Shown in pieces: positions 44,540 through 55,794 of a stretch of 64,000 nucleotides of DNA (position 1 is the first letter of the stretch; each line of letters opens with the position of its first letter). The stretch comes from Paragordius varius. Its lineage: Eukaryota > Animalia > Nematomorpha. Under the pieces are notes generated by a model. That model was not told where the DNA came from. It made no database searches and saw nothing but the letters and a program-made list of their open reading frames with translations. The translations under genes and the position numbers were made by a program. Location of the stretch: positions 7,068,001 through 7,132,000 of the forward strand of contig OZ176052.1 of NCBI GenBank assembly GCA_964247055.1, read 5' to 3'.

Positions 44540-46999
44540 TCATAATTTTTCAATCATTTTACAGATGATGGGTATGACCATTTCGAAAGTAGGCCGTTTT
44601 CCTGGATTTTCATTCATAGCGATTGCTGCTAATTTTGACAAATGTGGACAAGTAATTTCGCTCAAGGGAACTCGTTCATTATGTAAAGCAATCTATAAAG
44701 TATCGTTATGCTTGAAAAGAACATTAAAAAAATAAAATGCGCATTTGGTTTTCGAATGTACTCGGAAAATTTATTAATTTAACAAAATATTATTGATTCT
44801 ATCCATATATTAAAATAGAAATTATTCTAAGAATTTTTAATAGGGCAAAAAATATATGGTGCATTGATATTCCATTAAAAATGATTTGCAACATTTTTTT
44901 ACGTTAAAATTATTTATGATTGGGAAAAATGCTTCGTATGGTTATTTAAAGTAAAAAATCGTTTAAAATTATATTAAGGTTATAATTTAAAAGTATCAAC
45001 TATTTTAGCTTAAAATTAAAAAAATAAAATTCTTCGATATAATAATGATTTTATTTAAAATATTTTAAAATAAATAGATAAAAACGTTGATTTCGGAATT
45101 TCAATATATTTTTATAGCCACAATATAATTTTATATTTTATATGTCATAGAAAATTAAATGACCACATAAATTAGATACGATTAATAATATAAAAAATTA
45201 AAATAAGAATATACGACAGATAAACCTCGTCCCAAATATATGGAAAAAAATTTATAAAATAAAAGTAAATTTATACCCGTTGCCCTAATTGAGCATTGGT
45301 TAAGGAGACATCATTTGTGAATGGAATCTTTTTAGTTAAAAGTTCCCATAAAATTACAGCAAAACTCCACATATCACATGCTTGGATGTTGAGGGTCTCC
45401 CTTTTCTTTTTTAAACCTAATATAAATTAATAAAATTTAATTATAATCCAACATATATGAGTAAAAGGATTTTAAAAAATTTTTGAATACAAAAATTAAA
45501 GTACTGTAGAAAGAGCTTAATAATAGTATAATATGATATGAAAAAAGCAATTAAGTAATAAAATCAAAAATGAATTTACTCTCGGGAGACATCCATTCCA
45601 CATTTTGCAAAATATCAGTATCTTGAAAAGAAAACTTGGATGCTGATATATTAATTTGAGCTCTGAGATTTTCATCCAACTAATATATCAAACATCATTA
45701 GTTTTTGGTAATGATTATAGATCATATATTCGATATTAAACAAAAGCAAAATAGTAGCCTTTATAATAAAAAATATCCTATAATCATCAATTTTAGATGA
45801 TTCGGCATTAAAAGCAACCCATTATAAACATCTATATATTATATTTTACGAAACAAATTGGATTAACTTTATATTAAAAATAAATTATTAATGGAAAGAA
45901 TATTTGCAATTTTGGTTAAACATAGAAAATTATCGTTTCAAAAATAACCAGCGAATTCCTAGGCAAAAAAAACTATTACTGGTATACTAATTATGTAATA
46001 TAACACAATTTTTTATAACGCATATCTATGCAATAGTGTAAATCCTGATAATTTGTTATATCTAATAATTAAATCAATACCAAAACAGTTTTGGAGGATA
46101 GATGAAATTGTGAAATTAGTGGATTCAAAGAATGTAAATATGCCATTCCACGGCATATGTCAAGAGCAATGTTAAGTATCACTTGCTGATTAAGAGCTAA
46201 TTTTCAAAATAATATATAAAAGCCGTAAAAATGACCATATATTAGACATTTTATAATTAGATTTATAAGGGACCTTTTAAAGTCGTTTAAAAGAAAAAAG
46301 AGTATTTATAAAATACAAATTTGACCTATAATGTAACCATAAAACAATTAATAATTAAACTATACCATTACAAAACAATTTTTATGAGCATGCTAAAATG
46401 AAAAACAGTTAAAATAGACAAGCCATTTTATTAAAATATTTTAGCAAATACAAATAAAAATATATTACAAGAGTATAGAGTAAACAATATATATAAAATA
46501 CAAATTTTATACTATATACCTGGAGGATTAACCATACCATCAATGATATCATCCTCATCATCGTCATATGGGGATGAACTGTTTGAATCTAACGGGTAAC
46601 CAGGCTTTCCTTCGTAGCTAATAAGTCATGGAAAATAAAATAAAATAAAATAATCATTTAAAATTATAGCTAATGAGAACATGGAAATAAACATAATTAT
46701 GTCGGGGTTCACAACATTTATTATTTTGTTAAATAATATTAACAAGTAATAATATTGGCTATATGGGGCTTATTGGTGCATAAAGACTGTTAAAGTTAAT
46801 GTAGAGTAGAATTTTTTCGCTATTTATTACTGAAATTCAGACATTTTTATACATAAGCAATACATAAACAAAAAATTGATACTCCTTGCTTGCATTTGAA
46901 TTTTTTCTCCTTGCAACAATTAATAGTTATATAGAGTCATTGAAAAATATGGTTTTTTACTATAAATCACGATAATATCTTAAAAATAGGGATATGTAA

Positions 47000-47031
<32 letters not shown>

Positions 47032-50000
47032 TTACTATTGTCCATCGTTGTTTGACGTATCAAATGGATTACGCCGTTTAACTAGAGATGAGTGATGCCT
47101 TTTATTATTGCCAATGAAATGACACGGTCTGGTTCCATGTAAAATGTCGTATAATGAGCCAAGTTTCAAGTATTGACTCACAATCACAAGGGATTGGTCG
47201 GTGGAATCTGACAGCAATATTTAAAAAAAATAAAACTGAATAACTTTGTCTTTAACATATTTAAAGGGTGATTTATGTGAATTTTGTTCAAAAAAATAAT
47301 AACTACAGTGACGAGACACTAATATAACGATACTTCAAAAGTGAAAAAAATAAAATTAAATATTATGTGTAAAAACTACAAATTCATATCCTATCAATGA
47401 TTTTAAGATTAGCTTTGATGAGTGATTTACATTTTTATATTTTCAGTTTATTTTTTTATTGAATCACAATTCGATTTTAAAAATAAAAAAGATATCTTTA
47501 TATCGTTGTACCGTTTTCAGGCAATCCTAAATGCACATTATTATTATTATTTTGATACAGTGGTGATGTTAATGAATTAACATTACGTTCAATGCCATTT
47601 GCACCAGCTAAAACGGGTAATATATTTGGGTGCGAAAAAACTCGTAATTTAGGATATTCTTCATTGAAAGCCCTGGAAATGCGAGTCAAAATGGTGTAGG
47701 CATTAGAAATGGGGCTATGGGGTAATTTGGTCGGTGATCTATCACCACTTGATGTGGTAATAAATTTGTTGGTTGTTTCTTTGAGCGGAAAATGTAAAAT
47801 ACGTGCAACTATAGCAATGTTTTGCCAACGACCTTTCCATAACTAAAAATATGCATGGAATAGGAATTAAAAGTATTAGATATCACATGAAAAATATGAA
47901 TCGTAAACGCTTTTAGAAAACGATAAAATTTTGTCTATCAAACGAATACGTCTCTTCGGCATCTTCCTCTCTTGCCATTTATATAACATTATATCCTATT
48001 CAAAAGAATATCCTTGAATGTCCAAAAATCAAATTTTTGTTTAATTATTTTACCAGGAAGCGTTGTTTGTGCGTTCATTTTGTTAACAATATCGATGTTG
48101 TTCACTTTGTCCTTCCGTCTTATACTATCAAGTATTTTCCTCTAGCACATTTATTCTTTTCTCTTGATAAACAAAATTTAGCAATTTCCAAAATGTCACT
48201 GCAAAAACTATTTCGAAAAGCCCACGACAGAACCAAGTGGATAAGTTTTCCTATAGATTTCCTGATGGTCGATAATCGACAACTAGCTCAAAAACAACAA
48301 CAAACGCTTTTAATGCTTCATCTTGTATTTAGCAAAGATTTTAGCAAGCAAAACCTTTGTCAAAAGACCTCCTTGTTTGCAGGTATGAATATTAAGCAGA
48401 TTGTACTATTTTTTTTGATAAAGGGCATAAAACATTAAGAATTATTTACATGATAAAATCAAAATAACACAATCGCTATGTTTACCTCTGATATTCAATA
48501 TAATTGAAATAATTATAATCTATTATTATTTTTTATCATAGCACAAAAATTTAAATTAATTCTTATGTCTCCATTTATTTATAGCCATTATTGTCAATCT
48601 AAACCCAAAAAATTAGGAAGTACATGTAAAATATTTATAACTATTACAAAAAAATTAAATATTATTTAATGCCTTAACAAAAATTTCATATTTATGCAAG
48701 CGCTAAAATCTTAACCGGTTTAATGCAACAATTTTGATTTTAAACCTGGCAACACAGAATGTTAAAGCGCCATAAAAAAACAAAACACATCCTATTTTTA
48801 AAATAATTATAGGCTATTTTTGGACCATATAAAAGATTAAAAAAATATCTCACTATTAAAATATAAAACTGATGAAAACAATTAAACATTTGAAAAAAAA
48901 TTATTTTCGTCATGGTTTTAATTACAAAGGAGTAAATGTAAAACATACACTAAAGTTATAAATATTTACTTCGTCAAATTTATTCGCACACAATTGTTTA
49001 TCAAATCCGATTTGGTGAATATCAAGATTAATATTTTTGGATAATGTTGCATCACCTAAAAAATTATTATAAACATAAAAAGATAAAAACTATATTTCTT
49101 ATTATAATATAATAATTTATGGAAATCTTACGGCTTCGCTTTTTGGTCCCTAACCAACTTTGATCCTTGTAGGGAAGTTTGTGGGCTAAATCGATCCCCA
49201 AGATTTGACTTTTTTCTACAAATTCACAATAATTAAATTTTTTAATTTTTAAAATTAAAAATATCAATAATCAAATATAGATAATTCCCATTTAATATTA
49301 AAGGTTTTGGGGTTAAAGTAACAAGCCAGACTTGATACAATTTAGCGAAAATTCTTGTCTTTTAAACCCCTTTTTATGTTAAAATAAAATTATCTTTTGC
49401 GCATTCTATTACATAAGATTAAGATTGAAAAGTAATAAAGTTTCGTGTTAATACGAAATCGTTAGTTAGATTATATAATTTAACTATAATGTGAATCATT
49501 GCGTGCTAAAAATAAAATACCAGCATTTATAAATATACTCAAATCTAAAATACTTATAATGTTAGAAGCTAAGATTGGTTTGCATTTATCTATGGGTGTT
49601 TCCCCATATTTGTTGAGAATGTGTGGATATGCGCCCCTATTTAAGAGTTCCATGGCACAATCGCCATAATTCCAAAAGCATGCGTAATGCAAAGCGGTAT
49701 TCCCATGTTCATTTACGGCATTTGGATCCGCTCTGTGAGCTAACAGCTAAAACAAAATAATAACTTTAGCTATATCAATAGACCGTATATAAATCAATCT
49801 TTCAATAAAAATAAAATATTTCAGGGATCTAAAACGATATATTTTCAATTAGAAAATTAAACTATAAAAATCATATCATTATGAGTTATATTAACTTTAT
49901 ATGTTTAATCACTTAAATGAGATTGGGGACGCTTTAGATCCAAAATATAATATTTCTATTGATATATTTTGGTTGTTGGTTTTTGATACAGTTTAACGTT

Positions 50001-50757
50001 AATAGGCATATGTGAAAATTATAGGTATTTTAAGTAAAAATTTAACAATGACATGTACCCTTTTTAGATTTTCTGGATATATGAAAAATATATTTAAATG
50101 TTATTTCACTCGTTAACATGAAATTTTTAGTTCATTGTTAATAAGACAAAATTTTGATCCTTTATTTGAGTTTCAAAAATTCAATTATAGAAATGGAGGG
50201 GACAATGTTATTGATTAAAAAATTTTGTTTCCAGTCTTGTTTGTTTAAACGGATGTAAATTAACTTCCTTTTTATTAATTTAAAGTATTCTAAACTTTTA
50301 TGCAAATCCATCACTAAACTTAAAGGGTAGTTTAAAGAATAAATGTTTTAAAAAATCTTAAAATATATCTATAAAGCTGAAAAATCAAGAAATATATTTT
50401 TTTATATTTTATAACGATTTTAAAAAGGATCCAATTCAAATAATAAAAGAATTTGCTGTTGTTCATTCAAATTAGATACCTTTTTTACAATAGGGTAATA
50501 TCCATGACTACATGCTAAATGAAGCGGACTATCATCCCCCATATTCGTGGCATTTATAAATGACCCTCGTGAAATTAACAAATCTACTATGTTTTCAACT
50601 CCTTCTTTGCAAGCCCAATGTAATGGACTAAAACCATGTTCATCGCTAACATATAAAAAATTAAAAACCCCTGCAAAAGATCATTTTCAGGATTTTCAAG
50701 CCAATCTTTAACAGAGTTGAAATTTCCTTCTTTGCAAAGAGTGAAAATATCTTCCAT
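44540..50757 (-). CDS. ILK: Integrin-linked kinase (ankyrin repeats + pseudokinase; pat-4 ortholog), 12 exons, 575 aa
   Basis: Phase-consistent exons: 50757-50669, 50645-50480, 49746-49554, 49215-49132, 49055-48970, 47842-47512, 47207-47036, 46617-46520, 46196-46081, 45679-45580, 45416-45277, 44692-44540 (sum 1728 nt). Motifs: [92 protein letters not shown]. Confidence 0.95.
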
Positions 50758-51080
50758 ATGATATCTGATCAAAAATAGTAAACGGCTGGAAATTTAAATT
50801 TAATTATCATATAAATTAGGTGCACTATCAGTGCAAATATTTTAAGGCTTTTACTTCTCAACACTTTTTAACTTATTTTTAGGACTTATAACATTATAAT
50901 GTTTATCCCCTACCCTTTAAAATTCCAAAAATCTATCATATGCGTTTTAAAATATAAGCATGGATAAAAAATTAATATTTTTAGATTTGCTATTATAGAG
51001 CACACCGCTGTTTCCTAACAAAAAACGGCCGCAATCAAATTATGGGTATTAAAAAGATATTTTATTTTACATTGGCCAAA

Positions 51081-51185
51081 AAACGTTTTACCAGTCAATC
51101 GAAACGATTTCCCAGTCAATCGAAACGTTTGCCTAGTCAGTAAAAACGTTTTCACCGTCAATAAATACATTTTCCAAGTCAAAAC
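51081..51185. repeat. Minisatellite, 5 x 21 bp (consensus AAACGTTTTCCCAGTCAATCG)
   Basis: Units start at 51081, 51102, 51123, 51144 and 51165; 325-430 bp upstream of the ILK ATG. Confidence 0.85.
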
Positions 51186-52543
51186 GGTTTTATTTTTGAT
51201 GAAAAAAATCAAAAGAGCACATAAAAATGACTTTTCATCATTAGGAGCACACTAATAAGGATATTATTGTTTACAAAACCAAATTATTGAATAAATTTTT
51301 TTCTATATATTCCAATATACAATCATTAATGACCTCTTCTTTACAAGCTATATTTTATTTTTTTGGATTTTATGTTTTTTGAGATATTTTTTAAAAATAA
51401 TTCTATAATCTTTTTTTATCGATGGTTCGCATTAATAATCGTGGCTAACCTATAAAATCTACATCGGATAAAATAATAAATTTTAAAAAATATACCATTT
51501 TCATCTCATATCTGTCATTTAACACTTCAAATCGGATTTTAAACATGTAAAGTTGGTCTATAAAAATGTCGGAAAACAATATCTAAACAAAAAATGTTTT
51601 TTAAATGAAAAATAAAAAATGATATTTGACTAAAAGATAAATAAAATATAAAAATTACGGTAAAACAGAACAAAAAATAATTAGTAGATATATTATGGTC
51701 GTATTTTTTTACGATCCTATGATTGAAATATAATAAAATATGTAGTGATGTCCATTCGGTATATTTTCAATGCGGCTAAATTATTTTAAATTTATCAATA
51801 GCTTTTAAATTATATTTGATGTCGAAACCATTTTTTTATCCGGATTCTGGGGCAATAGAGAACTTGAATAACATCAAATTATATGGAAAAGTTTTTATAG
51901 CATCTATTGTTCGTATACAATATAACCATAGAATACGCTTTAACTAATTTTGCAATATTTAAATTTTAATTAGAATAATATTTTTTCTTTGTCATAATCT
52001 AGCATATATTTGAAATCTTCATGCGCATTCTAGGGAATTGGCGTATATATTTTAGAATTGCCTATTTTAGCAGGTCTTATAAAATCTACGGAACTCATAT
52101 CCCAAATATTAAATTTTGTATAAAAACTTTTTGCTTTTTATTTTTATCTTTTATAATATTAATATATTTTCGTCTAAAATTTAAAGTCTTTAGCTTCTGC
52201 AAAAATTAACTAAGTCCGTTTTTGTGATTTTTTTATATGGAACTATAGAAATGGTGAAAACCTTGATAATTCTTTAAATTTTTAACCAAACGCTCCTCAT
52301 GATTTATGATTCGTTCTATTATATTTATTTTTATCAAGATATTTTGCCGGCGCACCACAGTTAGTGCAGATTGAACCTTTAAACTGATTGGCTTAATTAC
52401 CCGAGCCGTTAGCAACACGTGTTTGTAATGTTTTTATTTATAGCCTATAATAAAATAAGGTCTTTTTAATTTATTATATGGTTAACTGACCTAAGGCGTC
52501 TCTAATACATGCCTCTAAATATATGAAAACCATGGAATCATAT

Positions 52544-53683
52544 TTAAATTCCTTTGTGTAAACATGACCAGTTAAACATAAGTCCATATAATTTTTGCGA
52601 TTTTTGCACTTTGTTCACTGCAAACACTGAATAACCTTCATTTCGCATTTTGATCTTTAAAGCAAAACATAAATTCATAAGGAAGTCTAGGCGTTTATTT
52701 AACTCTACAAACTGAGAAACATCAATGAAACATTCATTCCCCACATTGTCAGGATTGATGGTGATTGGATTCGATGTTAACCAAAAATGCGTTGGTGGTA
52801 AAATGGTCATATCTAATAATCGCGAAAATTCGTTTTTGAAATAGAAATAAAATTGTTTAAATCTGTTTTTCCCACCCAATATATCATGCGCTAACAATGT
52901 GACAGCTTGTTCTCTGGCACCATACCATTTATACATAAAGTTCATAAATTTATCGCTAATGGCATGAAATTGGAAATAATCGGATTCCATTAATAATCTA
53001 GTTATTATTACACTTTTTGGGGGAATTTTTGATTCATCCTTAACATAAGACCATAACATTTCAAAATATTTGGCTGTACGATCAAAAAACAAATAATTAT
53101 TTTCGTCTTTTTCGCCCGCTTCACAAATTTTATTTGACAATTGTGATATTAAAGAATCGGGATGTCTTTTTAACAGTTCTGTATTTAAATAAAACAGTTT
53201 ACCACCCACATTTACAATTTGGTATAATAATGATTGGTCGACATTGGTTTTATTTGATATCTTGGGTTCGAGCATGTCTAAGGTTTTGGATGTTTCTGGT
53301 TCCTTTGGCCCATCTAATGAAGTTGGCATATGAATATTGTCTTCTTTTGCAACTTTCAAATTTGTAAAGTCTTTTTCCCTCTCAGATGATGTTTGCACAA
53401 TCATTTCTTCGTTAGTATTGGGACTAACCGGATGTTCTAATTTAAACAAAGAGTTTGCAAACTTCTTTTGTGCCATGGATAATTTTCTTTTGACCTCTTG
53501 AGACATGGAAATGGGGGATATTTTTGCCACACAGGGGTTAGATAATGCCGATGTATCTTCTAAAGTCTGATTATCTACCACTCTTTGTGCTTGGAAAGCT
53601 ATAGTTTCTTTAATTCTATTAGTAAAGGATAAATCTTTAAATTTGTTGTGCATATTTTCGTCGTTCATGATTAAAATTTTCAT
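52544..53683 (-). CDS. BTB/POZ (T1-type, KCTD-like) domain protein, intronless, 379 aa
   Basis: IVNVGGKLFYLNTELLKRHPDSLISQL..YLFFDRTAKYFEMLWSYVKD..LLMESDYFQF matches the KCTD/Kv T1 consensus. Long ORF in very AT-rich DNA. Confidence 0.8.
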   Translation of the reverse strand: MKILIMNDENMHNKFKDLSFTNRIKETIAFQAQRVVDNQTLEDTSALSNPCVAKISPISMSQEVKRKLSMAQKKFANSLFKLEHPVSPNTNEEMIVQTSSEREKDFTNLKVAKEDNIHMPTSLDGPKEPETSKTLDMLEPKISNKTNVDQSLLYQIVNVGGKLFYLNTELLKRHPDSLISQLSNKICEAGEKDENNYLFFDRTAKYFEMLWSYVKDESKIPPKSVIITRLLMESDYFQFHAISDKFMNFMYKWYGAREQAVTLLAHDILGGKNRFKQFYFYFKNEFSRLLDMTILPPTHFWLTSNPITINPDNVGNECFIDVSQFVELNKRLDFLMNLCFALKIKMRNEGYSVFAVNKVQKSQKLYGLMFNWSCLHKGI

Positions 53684-53885
53684 GTGTTGATTGTTGTACT
53701 TAATTGGTTTTGCATTAATCTAGTTGGGAATAAATTATAAAGGGTTGTAGCACTCGGTAAACCGTAACCGTAATATTTAAATGTAAAAAATTTTCTAATT
53801 GCATTGCAACATAGGTAACAAAAATCAAGATATTGCCTTTTTAAAACATTTTTTACAAATATTGATACGCAGACGATTTATTTAT

Positions 53886-54955
53886 TACAGACCTCATTTT
53901 GTTCATAAGACATTAAACGATAGACGCACACAAGTTGTGTCCAAAAATTAGCGCCTTTATTTCATCATTCTATATGTCCAATTTTGTGCCCAAAAAAGAA
54001 CATTTGCGGCACGCAATGCCACCAGAAGAAAAGGACTGATTCTGGCCAAAACATATGGTAAATATGCTCTATCGATTCCAAATAAAGAGTGGGCGCTTTG
54101 GCAGACGATCCAACTGAGAAGACGCTTGAGTGCAAGAGCTAGTGGATGGTGACCCAAATTAACAACAATTGGCAAAGGGATTACATATATCACAAAAAAC
54201 AATCAATAGATGGCTGCAATCAATGGGAAACATCAATAAACTCGGTTAATGGGTCCAACCAGTTTTAATGAACGACAAATCGAAAATCGCAGAATGACTT
54301 GTATAATCCTGCTTCAATGAAACGAAAAGTAATCCCTTTGCATATAATTGGGACGGGTGATGACAAACGGTTTTATTTTGTAACTTCAAATGAGAAAGAT
54401 CGTGGCTTTCACTTTGCCAAGCACGTTCATCACCAAGGCCAAATCACTTTGGCTAGCTGACCATGAGTGTCTGGTAACAACTGAGCGGTATTGTGCTGTG
54501 TGAACAATTGAAACCAGTGAACCAATAATACAAAACACCATCGCTAACAAATGGTTAATTTAAATCAAGCATTTATAAAAAAACCAACGGAATCGGCCAG
54601 AAGACATGGTAAAGAGATTTTATATGACAATACTCAGTTTTAGAGAGCGCCAGTAAAAGACACCTTGAAATCGCTCTGGGAAATTTTTTTATTCGTTGAA
54701 CTCTCCTGACCTGGCGCCATCTGACTAATAAAACTTTGCATCAATGGGGCAAACCCTGGCGAACAGCAGTTCAATAATTTGGAAGACGATGAAAAATGGC
54801 AAGGTTTTCCACAAAAGACAATTGGCCGGCATACATAAATTTCCTAGATGGGCGAAACGTGTAGAAGCCGATGTCCAATGTTTTTATTTAAAAGTAAAAA
54901 AGGTTAATTGCATATATTTTTCAAATGTGTAATGATATGAATTATGAGCCTTGTA
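53886..54955 (+). mobile_element. Mariner (Mos1/mauritiana-like) relic, near full length
   Basis: MSNFVPKKEHLRHA start, GTGDDKRFYF (first catalytic D), NSPDLAPSD, AGIHKFPRWAKRVEADVQCF end. Many indels. Same family as 20720-21650. Confidence 0.85.
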
Positions 54956-55794
54956 TTTTTTAACAATCGATATGAGGAGATGTTGACTGTATTTTGTACG
55001 AAAGATTTCTATCGTTCAGCTTTCTATTATTTAACTGGTTATTAAGAAAGTATAGTGGGTCCTCGTAGTGTTTAATAGAACAATATTTTTTCCTGTAAAA
55101 TAATAAAAATGTTTATCAATTAACTACTAATAATTCGGTAAGGTTTAACATCGACCATTTGAATTATTTTTTTAATAACTAATCGTTTGATATGTTTTTT
55201 TACTTTTTTATACATTTTTACAATATAATATTGGTAACCTTTAATTTGCAAAGCAAAAAAATGTCTTATTATTATTACAAAATTATTAATATAAATCTGT
55301 AAGATAAATGGACATTTTCAAATAATACATTGTCTTCTCTCACATAAGTCTCTCATTTTCATTATAATAAAAGCTCTATTAATAATTGAAAAAAACGTAT
55401 AAGATAGTTAAACATCCACACACATCACATGTAATCCTCCTTGATGAACTGAAATAAATTTAACACAGTAATGATATAATAACATATACTACAAGGATAT
55501 ATTATGCGTACATCTATACTAAAAATGGTAAAGTTTTTCAAAAATAGATTCATTCAGAGTCCATTGCACCTCTTCTTGAACGAAAATGAATAGCCAATAT
55601 ATTTACCATTTATTCCTACTTCTACGGTTCTCTCTGTCACATAAGCACAGAAATCAATGATGGTGCTGCCTTCATCTCCTGACATATATTTACACTAACT
55701 ATTATTCAATGGATTAAACCTGCTTTCTGAAAATAGTTCCACAATGATATCATTTATTAATTATGCCTTGATAAATCTTAATTAATTCGCAATT

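Noticed and set aside
48037-48438. 133-aa plus-strand ORF in ILK intron 5
   Set aside because: No recognisable domain. The opposite strand looks like a broken transposase remnant, but I could not assign it.
52233-52418. 61-aa ORF downstream of the KCTD-like gene as an extra exon
   Set aside because: No usable in-frame splice acceptor, and the KCTD ORF already has its own stop.
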